Below, piece after piece: positions 53,701 through 64,000 of a DNA stretch of 64,000 bases. Below the pieces are notes generated by a model. That model saw only the letters and a program-made list of their open reading frames with translations, did no database searches and had not been told where the DNA came from. This DNA comes from Camelus ferus (taxonomy: Eukaryota). Location: the NCBI RefSeq assembly GCF_009834535.1, contig NC_045696.1:496001-560000 (forward strand), read 5' to 3'. Every line of letters begins with the position of its first letter. The stretch's first letter is position 1. Position numbers and translations under genes: made by a program.

Positions 53701-56700
53701 ATTCTGGGAAGATTCGTCCTGTGTCCAGCCTCTACATAACTGTTTTATTCTACTAAGGTTTTCAATTTGTTCTCCGACGTTTTCTGAGTCTGTAGCTGCT
53801 CTATTTACAAACGTTTGTTTTAAATGAGATTTTAAAAAATTGAGGTATGGTCAGTTTAAATGAGCTTGACAGCACACATGCTCGCTATTTTTTCCTCTGT
53901 CTTTTTCCCCATACTCCCAGGACCGCTGGCGTCGGCGGCCTGTCCCCCTTCCTCCTCGGCGTGGTGTGCAGTGACAGCCCCGTCTGCCCCGGGGTGCAGG
54001 CTGGGTGCTGGGGACGTCTTTCTAGTCCTTACTTTTAAAGAACAAAAATGTTGAGAAACGGCTCGTTTTGTTCAATCTTTATGACCTCGTTTCGGCATCA
54101 GTGGCGGTGCCTCTGCTACTCCCCTCGGGTTGTTGGTGGGTCTCATTACGCAGTTTCCTGGTGAGACCCCTGGGCCCTGGGCCTGCATTGGGCCTGTGGA
54201 GCCATCTGTTTGGTGGGGCTTCAGCTGGGGTCTCTGGACTCTGTTCCCATGTGCACGTGGGCTCGGTTTTCTTCCTGTGGGTTATCCTTGCAGTGATCTG
54301 ATGCTGGAGCTGTGGCAAATTTATGACCTTAATAATCAAGCATCTTTTGACTGTTCAGTGTTCCAACCTCATTTATACGATGTAGGGGTTATGAATAAAC
54401 AGTTCATACTTACTGAACTTGAAAGAAGTCATCCACGAACCACGCAGGCCTGCAGACCTTTGGGTCATTGTGAGTCTGTAACTTCCAGGTTTTTCTTGTG
54501 CTCACTGGTCCATTTAGGTTATCTCCTTCTTACTGAGTCATTTAAAAATAATTTCCCAGAAAATGTCTCCTTTTATTAAAAGTTTCAATTAATATTCACA
54601 TGTAAAGAATACTTTCATAATTTGAACATTATCTTTCTAGTCATTCTTTTATCACTTTTCTCAGTTCCAATTTAATTCATTTTTTTAAACACCTCTACTG
54701 AGGTAAAATTTAATTCCTTTATGTTTTCTGTTTCTCTAAAGTAGCTTCCCACAGCTCTGCTGTCTCACAGGATGCTCCGTGGAGCTGTTTCAGGTTCATT
54801 TCTGCTGTCTTTTTTGTCATTTTCTAGCTTTTCTTTCTTTAAGAATTCATGTCCATGTGAATGTTTAATTTTTTGATGTTTTAAAAGTAATTAAAGGATT
54901 TAAGTTGCTAATTTTACTCTACAATTTAAAATATACTGGTGTCTTAATACATAGTGTTCTGATTTTAATTATTTCTCAATAATTATTTTTTCCTATTTTT
55001 ATATTCTCCTTGATATGATCATTACTGAAGAGAATGCTTTTAATTCTGAGATGGAATTTTGTATTGACTCTTGTTATTCTTTTATAATTTTATTATAATG
55101 TAACCTGAACATTTGGACTTGACTGGGGATTTTAAAAATTCTTTTTAATGTTTGACACAACTTTATTAAGGCTTGGGAGCAACAGAAGGGAGTTACAATT
55201 CACTAAATAGAAACTAAAAGCAAAGTGCAAACCACCTGGCCACACAACAGTCCGTTTAAAACTGGGTCATGGATGTGGCTCTTCCATGAGGCAAGGTTGT
55301 CGAGCCCTCAAGCACTGCTGGGACAGCCCACCTCCCCTTGGAGAATCTGTGTCCTGGGCACAGGGCTCCAGTCTTCTTTGGGGCCCAATTGCGGGGAGAG
55401 CCCAGCTCTGGGGATCTTTGATCCAAATGCTTGGTGACTCCTGAAAGGTGTCTCGCTGACAGTTTCTGGGCCGTGTGGTTGGCTGGGGCAGGAGGAGGTG
55501 ACGCCCTGAGAGGGGCCGCCAGGATCGACTGTGCTGGCCTTGTGGACAGAAGGCAGGACACGGGGGAGGGAAGAGCTTGGTGGTAGAGCATGTGCTTAGA
55601 GCATGGGCTCAATCCCCAGTACCTCCGTTGCAATAAATAAGTAAATAAATAAGCCTAGTTTCCTCTCCCCCAAAATAAAAACAAAAACAAAATTAAAAAA
55701 AAAAGGCACACATTCTGACGACTTTCCTTCTTTTGAACATTTGTTTTCCCCTGGGGAAGTATCGTGGGGATAGATCAATTTGTTCCTGAGTAGGCACATT
55801 TTAGGATATAATTTTTCAGTATAAATCTTAAAAAACAGTTGCTCAAATATATATTTGCATTATTGCTAGGAGAACAAATTTATGACATGGAGATAGAAGA
55901 GGATTTCATAAACCACGAAAGAATCGATATGTTAAAACTTATTTTAAAATTTGTTAAATCAGATGAAAATTTAGTGAAACACATTAAAGCTTTAAAAATT
56001 CCACATGAGAATAATTAGCATTAAAAAAGGTTGAAGTATAAACAAGGCACCCGCTGGGAGAAGACACAAGGCATTTCATCAACAAGGGATTAGTACGCAG
56101 AATACAAAAAGAACAGGTGTGTGTAACCCTAAAAGACCAGCCAGCCAAAACAGGGAGCACACGGAGTTCATGGAGACGAAGCCTGAGAGGCCAGAGAACA
56201 CCTGAGGAGGTGCTCGACGCCACCAGGGACCGGGCAAAAGCCACGGGTCACCATTAGCCTGGCCCGAGCTTGCCACGCCCTGGTGAAGTGGCTGGTGGTC
56301 GTGGAGATACCACCGTGGCTGGAGAGAGCAAGAAGGTTGAAGCACACACACCCCTGGGCCCAGGTGCCCTCAGCGGACGGCACTCGCCGTGGCAGGGAGG
56401 CCCACGAAGGCTGCTGAGCACGGCTTTGCTTTGCAAGACCTGGAAACAGCCTCGTGTGCATCAGTAGGGCGATGGGTAAAAAATCTGTGTGGGTGTGTCT
56501 GTGTGGGTGTGCACATGTGTCAGGAAATGGTTAAGTGAACCATCCAGCTACCGAATGACCCACTCACCATGGGTAAATATCGAAGAGAAATCTACAGCTA
56601 AAAGGTATGTTTCAGAGTAAAACGCGTCAGATGACACCATTTGGGCAAGATTTCGGAGCGTAAACAGTCACAGTGCAGTACAGAGTGTGTGGGTGCATGG

Positions 56701-57232
56701 GCGGCAGGGGGGGGAAGCGTCTGGAGTGGGCGGGGCGTCCCCCACCCCTTCCCCTCCCTGGGGAGCGTGCGCAGGTGTCAGAGCTCGGGCTGGCTCGCGA
56801 GTGCTCCCAGAGCCATCTCCTCGCTTCTCGGCTGTTTCAGGGACATCAGCTGACCTCTCCCCCCTTTCCTCCCTGCCTCAGTTCCAGACTTTGGAAGGTT
56901 CACCGGTGTCCCCGAGGCCCCCTCCCAGCTGCAGACGTCCTCCCTGGAGGACCTGCTGTGCTCACACGCCCCCCTCTCCAGCGAGGATGACGCGTCCCCG
57001 GGGTGTGCCACCTCCGCCCAGGCGCCCTTCAAGGCTTTCCTCGACTCGGCGGAGCTACGTGTGCCCCGTGGCTCCAACAGGAAGCTGTCCCCGCTCCTCA
57101 GCCCCTCGCAGGACCCGCTGGTGGACAAGACCCTGCTGGAGCCCAGGGAGGTGGTCCGGCCCAAGAAGGTGTGCTTCTCGGAGAGTAGCCTGCCCTCCGG
57201 GGACCGGACCAGGAGGAGCTACTATCTTAACG
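50577..57232 (+). CDS. SPATC1L: SPATC1L (speriolin-like protein, C21orf56), first two coding exons; join(50577..50778,56882..57232); remainder not found in this window
   Basis: [31 protein letters not shown]..; [53 protein letters not shown] matches recalled human SPATC1L; synteny with LSS. Confidence 0.93.
55562..55704 (+). mobile_element. tRNA-derived SINE, Vic-1-like (camelid), with small internal deletion
   Basis: GGGGGAGGG..GCTTGGTGGTAGAGCATGTGCTTAG..GGGCTCAATCCCCAGTACCTCC (A/B-box-like), then (AAAT)n, cctagtttcctctccccc and an A-rich tail. Confidence 0.75.
55800..56640 (+). mobile_element. Ancient L1 (L1ME-like) ORF2 end/3' remnant
   Basis: caacaagggattagtacgcagaatacaaaaagaac..; gcaagacctggaaacagcctcgtgtgcatcagtagg. 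Confidence 0.55.
56882..57232 (+). CDS. SPATC1L: SPATC1L second coding exon
   Basis: cctcag|TTCCAGAC acceptor; AACG|gtacac donor; 351 nt, frame-preserving. Confidence 0.92.
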
Positions 57233-58570
57233 GTACACCGCCGGGGGCAGGCGGGGCGGCCGGCAGCTGGGAGGGTGGTCGGGGCGCGGGTCCTCCACCC
57301 TCATCCGTCCACAGCAGGAGGAGAGTGTGCCTGGGAGGCCGGGTCTGGTGCTGTGTCTGTTCAAATCGTTGGCCATTTGAAAAAATGAGTTGCTCATCTT
57401 ATGACTGAGTTGTGAGAGTCCTTTGTGTATTCTGGACACGGCCTTTTGGGAGTCTATGTTTTGCAGACGTGGGCTCCCAGTCTGGCTGCTCCGTCTTCTT
57501 AACGGTGGTTTTTGAAGAGCAACACTAGTTTGATGAAGTTCAGTTTACTGGGTTTTTTCTTTCATATGCATTCTTGCTTTCTGTGTCCTACTCAAGGAAT
57601 CTTTGACAAACCGGAGGTCACAGACATCCTCTCCAATACCCTCTTCCGGAAGTTTTATAGTTTTTGGCTTTACATTTAGGTTTCTGCTCAATTTCAAGTT
57701 AACTTTCGTGTGATATGAGGTTTGCATTAGGTATCCACTTCCCCCAGCACCAATGTTAAAATTTTTTTTGCCATATGCCTTTATTATTTTTAATAAGATT
57801 ATGTATTTTATTATGAAAACAGAATTCCAGCAGAGGCCGCGTTCTCGCCATGTCTGGGGGTTTCACTGACTGCGCAGTCTTTATCTCCCACCTTGCTATG
57901 ACCAGAGGGTGCTGATCACTCTCTAGCCCCACGTCCCTCTCTCTCCCTCCCCAGCTCAGCACAAGGCAGCCCCTGCTAAGACCCAGTATACAGGACTCCG
58001 GTGGGTAATAAAAGTCTCCCAAAGGCCATGGTTCCTGGAAGGCTGAGGCCCCAAATTCTAAAGATTGATACTTACAGATAGGTTCACAGTAATCACCACT
58101 AGGACCTTTTAAAGATAAATATTCAGTGGCCGCATCTCTGGAAACTCTGGTCCCGGATGCCTGGGAAAACCCAGTGTTTTAGAAGATTATTCTCTTCCCA
58201 TTGAATTGCGTTGACGCCTTTATCACAAATCGTTGTCCTTGTGTGTGTGTCTCTGGATTCCCCAGGCTGTCCCATTTATCTGTGTCCATATTGGTTCCAA
58301 CACACACTGTCTTAGTCACTGTGGTTTTATAGTAAGACCGCAAATCAGAGGATCTAAGTTCTTCAACTTTGTCCTTTTCCTCAAAGTTGTTCTGGCTATT
58401 CTAGGACCTTTGCATTTTCATACAAATTTTAGAAACGACTCGCCCATCTCTACAAAAAAAGCTTCCTGGGATTTTGATTGGCATTGTCCCAGACCTCCAG
58501 GTCACGTAGATCAACTTTCAGAGAAGTGGCATTTTGACAATATTGCATCTTCAGAGCCATGAACACCGCC

Positions 58571-60092
58571 CAGGCACGTCTTATTTTATAGCACTTCGCT
58601 TCACTGTGCTTCACAGATACTGCATTTTTCACAGATGGAAGGCCGTGGGAACTCTGCCTCGAGCAAGTCTGTCAGTGCCGTTTTTCCAACAGCATTTGCC
58701 CCCTTCACATCTGTCACGTTCTGGTAACTCTCGCAGTGTTTCATACTTTCCCATTATTACTGTCTTTGTTATGGTGATCTGTGATCAGTGACCTTTGATG
58801 TCTCACCTGGTGACTCTAAGTTGAAGCCAGTGCTCATCTACCACTCTGAAAATCCTCGGGCCCTAATAGCGATGCCCAGTCCACTCTGCCTGTGCTCTGC
58901 AAACGGAACCGCAAAGCCCGGAGGACAGCACGTTTGTGTACAACGCGGTTTACTGAGTATTTTAAGGTCACTATTGAGGTCTCTTGCTCAGAAAAAAAAG
59001 ATTCCTTTGAAAGTATGTCTGCTCACTGACAACTCACCGGTCTCCCCAGAGCTCTGAGGGAGACGGACAGTGGATTCATGTTGTTTCTGAGCTGACACAA
59101 CACCCCCTCTGCAGCCCGTGGATCAAGGAGTCCTGTGGACCGTCGAGCCTTGTTATTTAGGAGACGCACTTCATGAACCTGTAGCTGCCATAGACAGCGA
59201 TTCCGCTGATGGGTCTGGGCAAAGTAATTGGAAAACCTTCTGGAAAGGATTCACCAGTCCAGATGCCATTAAAACATGGTTCGAGGGAAGAGGTGCAAAT
59301 GTCAACACCAGCAGGAGTTTGGAAGAAGAAGAAGTGGATTCCAAGCCTCGTGGGTGACTGGAGGGTTTAAGACCTCAGTGGAGAAAGGAGCTGCAGACAT
59401 GGTGGAAGCAGCAGGGGAACTGGAAGTGGAGCCTGAAGATGGACCCTAACTGCTCCAGTCTCAGGACAAAGCCTCAGCAGAGGAGGAGCTGCTTCTTACG
59501 ATCAGCAAAAAAAGTGTTTTCTTGAGATGGAACCTACTCCTGGGGAAGATGCTGTGAAGACTGCTGAAGTGACAACAAAGGATCTAGACTACTACATACA
59601 CTTGGTTGATAAAGCAGCGTCAGGGTTTGAGAGGACTAACTTTAATTTTGAAAGAATTCTACCAGCGGTTAATTGCTACGAAGCAGCATTGCATGCTACA
59701 GAGAAGTTGTTCATGGAAGAGTCAATCGATGTGGCAACTTCACTGTTACCCTTTTAAAGAAATTGTCGCAGCCACTCCAGCCTCCAGGAACCACCACCCT
59801 GATCAGTCAGCCGCCATCAACACTGAGGCAAGACCCTCCACCAGCAAGAAGATTATTACTCACTGAAGGCTCAGAAGATGATTAGCATTTTTTTTAGCAA
59901 TAAAGCATTTTAAAATTAAGTTATGAACATGTATTTTTAGATACAATGCTATTGCACATGATAGACGACAGTATAGTGAAACTTCATATGCCCTGAGAAA
60001 CAAAAACATCCATGTGACTTGCTTTTTTTTGTGCTATTTGCTATATTGTGGTGGTCTGGAATGGAACCTGCAGTATCTCCAAGGTTTCCCTC
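58571..60092 (+). mobile_element. Tigger1 DNA transposon (TcMar-Tigger), internally deleted
   Basis: Left end CAGGCA..ttattttatagcacttcgcttc..., right end ..cagtatctccaaggtttccc; transposase pieces [28 protein letters not shown]; deletion junction near 58803. Confidence 0.9.
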
Positions 60093-60301
60093 TATATTTC
60101 TCCATTTATTTAGTTCTTTAAAAATGTCTTTCAGCAGTATTTTATGGTTTTCTATGTACAGACATCACACAGTTTTGTTGAATTTACCCCTTAATATTTC
60201 ATGGTTTTGATGCTATAATAAATAGTATTTTTTTGTTAATATGAATTTATGATTATTTGTTTCTGGCATACAGTAACACAATTGATTTTGTATGTTGACT
60301 C

Positions 60302-60812
60302 TATGATGGTTAATTTTATTTGCCAACATGACTGAGCCATTAGGTGCCCAGATATTTGGTCAAACATTATTCTGGGTATTTTTGTGAGAATGTTTTTGGA
60401 TCAATTTAATATTTAAATCAATAGACTGAGTAAAGCAGATTTGCCTCCTTAATGTGGGTGGGCCTCATCCAATCAGTTGAAGGCTTGAGCAGGACAAAAG
60501 GGCTGACTCTCTTCCAAGTAAGACAGAGTTCCTCCTCCCTGACTGTCTTTGGATTGCAACTGAAATAACAGCTCTTCTTGGGTCTCAAGTCTCCGGTCCT
60601 TTGGACTATAATCACACTATTAGTTCTTTTGGTTCTCAGGCTTTTAACTCAGACTGGGGCTATAACAACTTCCGAGCCTCCAGCTTGCTGATTCCCCCTC
60701 ACAGATCTTGGGACTTGTTCGTTTTCATAATCATGTGAGTCAAGTCCTTATAATAAACACATACATGGTTCTGGTTCTGTTTCTGTTTCTCTGAAGAACC
60801 CTGACAAATACA
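60302..60812 (+). mobile_element. MLT2-type (ERVL) solo LTR
   Basis: tgatggttaatttt..ggtgcccagatatttggtcaaacattattctggg...ctgtttctctgaagaaccctgacaaataca. Confidence 0.85.
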
Positions 60813-60943
60813 ACCTTTTATCCTGTAACTTAACTGAACCCACATATTTGTTCTAGTAGCTCTTTGTGTAGATTCCTTAGGATAGATGATCATGTCATTT
60901 GTGAATAAAGGCAAACTCATTTTTTCATTTCTAATCTGTACGC

Positions 60944-61104
<161 letters not shown>

Positions 61105-62329
61105 TTGTTGTCTTATTGGCTAGAACAGTGTTGAATAGAAATGGTGACAGTGGGCACTGCTGTCTTTCCCTGACTTGGGGGGAGCGTCAGTCTGCCACCA
61201 ACACGCATGGTGTTAGCTGAGTTTTGTAGATGCTCTTCATCTGTTTGAGGAAGTTCCTTTTAATTCCTTGTTTGCTTTGAGTCGCCACGAATGGATGTTG
61301 GATTTTGTTGAATGCTTTTTCTGCATCTACTGAGATGAGCATTTGGTTTTCATTTGTAGTCTGTTAACATGGTAAATTACACTGATTGATTTTTGAATTG
61401 TAAACCAACCTTACATTCCTGAGATAAATCTCATGATATATTAGTCATGATATATTATAGTTTTTGTATTGTTGGATTCAATTTGCTAACTTTTTGTTAA
61501 GAATTTTTGCTGTCTGTGAGGAACACTGGTCTATACTTTTCTCATAATGTCATTTTTTGTGTGTGTTTTGGTATCAGGTTAGTGTTAGCCTCAATGAATG
61601 AGGCAGAAAGTGTCCCTTCCTCTTTAATTATCTAGAAGAGTCTGTGTAGAATTGGCACTATGTATTCCTTGGGTGTTTGGTAAAATTCACCAATGAAACC
61701 ACCCGAACCTTGAGCTTTCTTTGTAGGGACACACCCCTCTGCCCCAACAGCTTCAATTTCCTTGGTTGGTATAAAGCTATTCAAATGATCTATTTCTTCC
61801 TGAGTGAGCTTTGGTAGTTCACTGACAAAAGCAAACTTTAATATCTTTTAAAGAATTGGTCTGTTTCATTTAAATTGTTAAATTTATTGGCATAAAGTTG
61901 TTCTTAATATTGCATTATTATCCTTTTAATGTCTGTAAACTCTGTGGTGATGCCATCTCTAATTTCTGACAGTGGTAATTTTTGCCTTTTCTCTTCTTCT
62001 GTAGTAAGTCTGGCTAGAACTTTATCAATCTTATTGACTCCTTTCTTTGAGGAATAGATTTTTGGCTGGATCTTGGAAGATCCAGGTTGGGTGACAAATG
62101 ATTTCTAGATCATTTCAGGTGTAGCTTGTTTCTTCCACCTAATTTGTGCTTTGGAGTGGGGGGCAGGGAGAGAGACTGAGTCCTGATAAGAGAAACGTAC
62201 TAACTTCGAAGGAGGAGTTTGTGCCCTGCCCCTCCATGCCCCCTTCTCTAACGTGGTTCTGTGCGACGCATCTGGTTCTCAGCTTTAATTCCTGGGTGAT
62301 TTCTGTGGCCTTGCAAAGTGATTAAGGAA

Positions 62330-63962
62330 GGAGTACACTAAAAACTGCAAAACATTGTTGAAATTAATGAAAGAAAACCTAAATAAATGGAAAAACACCT
62401 TCTGTTCATGGATTAGACTTAATATTATCAAGATGACAAAACTCCCCAAATTGATCTATGAATTTCAATGAAATCCCATTCAAAATCCCACCTAGCTTCT
62501 TTGAAGAAATTGACATGCTGATTGTAAAATCTGTGTGGAAATACACGGAACTCAGAACAGGCAAAAATCTTGAAAAAGGAGAACAAAATTGGAGGATTCA
62601 CGCTTCCCAGTTTCTATGAACTTTGCTATGAAGCCACAGTAACTGAGACAGCACGGTACAAATAGGTCCAACCCCAGCGCCTACATTTAAAAACATGCAT
62701 TTACAGGGTTGGTGCTTGACAAGGCACCAAGACAATCCAGTGGAGAGAGAACAATCTTTTCAACACATTATGTCGTTATGTTGGGAAAGCGGAAATCCAC
62801 ATGCAAAAAAATGAAATTGGACTTCACACCACATATGAAAATTAAAATGGATCAAAGACTTAAAAGACCTAAAGGAGCTAAAACCATAAAACTCTTAGAA
62901 GAAAACATAGACATAAATCTTATGACTTTGGATTTGGGAATAGATTCTAAGCTGTGGCACCAAAGGCACTAGCAACAAAAGGAAAAACAGACACATCAGG
63001 CACTTTGATGTATTTTGGTGAAATGAAAGGGACATTTCAAGAAAGTGAAAAGTCAACCCACAGCATGGGAGAAAATATGTGTATATCATGTGTCTGATAA
63101 GGAAATAGTATCCAGAATATATGAGAACTCTTACAACTCAACAGTAAAAAGACAAACAATGCAATTAAAAATGGGCAAAGAACTTAAAGAGACATTGCCC
63201 CAAAGAAGACATAGCAAGCCCCATAACCACATGAGAAGATGTTCAGTACTGTCAGCCATCAGTGAATGCAAATGGAAACCACAGTGAGACACACGCACAC
63301 CCACTAGGGCGCTTGCAATACGAACGACAGACAACGGCAAGTGTTGGGGAGGATGTGAAGGAGCTGGAACCCACATACATTGCTGCTGTGGAAAACAGTT
63401 TGGCAGTTTCTGAAAACGCTGCACATAGGGTTATCTTGTGTCTGAGCAATTCCATTCCTAGGTATGTTGCCTAAATAATTGAAAGCATTTATCCACACAA
63501 AATGAATGTTTCTATATGAATGTTCACAGCAGCATTATTCATAATAACCAAAAAGTGGAAATGGCCCGAATGCCTGTTCACAGAGGACTGGATAAACAAA
63601 ATGTGTTGTACTCACACGCTGGAATGTTATTCAGCCGTAAATAGGGACGAAGTTCTGACACACGTGACAATGTGGATGGACCATGAAAGCATGATGCTGA
63701 GTGAATGAAGTGGTCACAAAAGACCACATATTGTGCGAGTCCACTTCTATGAAATGTCCGGAATGGATAAATCCACAGGGACAGAAAGCAGATTTGAGGC
63801 TGCAGGGGAGAGACTTGTGAGTGGCTGCTGATGGCTACGGGGGTTTTGCTGGGTTATAAAGCTGTTTTCGAGTTAGATTGTGGTGACGGTTGTACAACTT
63901 GGTGAATATACACACTGCATACCTGAAAAGAGTGAATTTTGTATCTCATAAAATATTTAAAA
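62330..63962 (+). mobile_element. L1MB-type ORF2 end and 3'UTR
   Basis: ORFs 62709, 63045 and 63520 (MFTAALFIITKKWK..); 3'UTR motifs gatggtgacggttgtacaact..gtgaatata. Confidence 0.85.
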
Positions 63963-64000
63963 GTGCTTGGGAAGTGGTGTTACAGCCTCAGATCCTTTGT

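Noticed and set aside
55562..55626. tRNA gene
   Set aside because: Anticodon/variable region is disrupted and an A-rich tail follows, so it is a SINE.
58788..59757. Domesticated TIGD-like transposase gene
   Set aside because: Frameshifted, internally deleted Tigger1 fossil that still has both termini.

Overview
Mammalian genomic DNA, probably camelid (inferred from a Vic-1-like tRNA-derived SINE and cetartiodactyl-type L1 ends), orthologous to human 21q22.3. Three + strand genes lie in the conserved order. First are the last 8 coding exons of MCM3AP/GANP (1274-10920). Next is a complete, intact 22-exon lanosterol synthase gene, LSS (25615-45425; 2199 nt spliced CDS, 732 aa, all introns GT-AG). 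Last are the first two coding exons of SPATC1L (50577-57232). The rest is mostly repeats: a decayed full-length L1 on the minus strand (~11172-21416), older L1/L2 fragments, Tigger1, an MLT2 LTR, microsatellites and a ~15-bp-unit minisatellite just upstream of the LSS CpG-island promoter. I found no prokaryotic system, CRISPR array or new protein-coding gene. The most interesting signals are retrotransposition and regulatory oddities: (i) a TSD-flanked 3.1-kb chimeric retro-insertion nested in the L1, containing a strand-biased T>C (A>G on the RNA strand) cluster suggestive of RNA editing fixed in DNA; (ii) a ~535-bp L1 made only of 5'UTR joined to 3'UTR, possibly spliced; (iii) SRE-like motifs in the LSS promoter minisatellite; (iv) a strong-Kozak uORF before SPATC1L; (v) an orphan polyadenylated retro-fragment. 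Repeat family names come from recalled consensus sequences, not from a database search.
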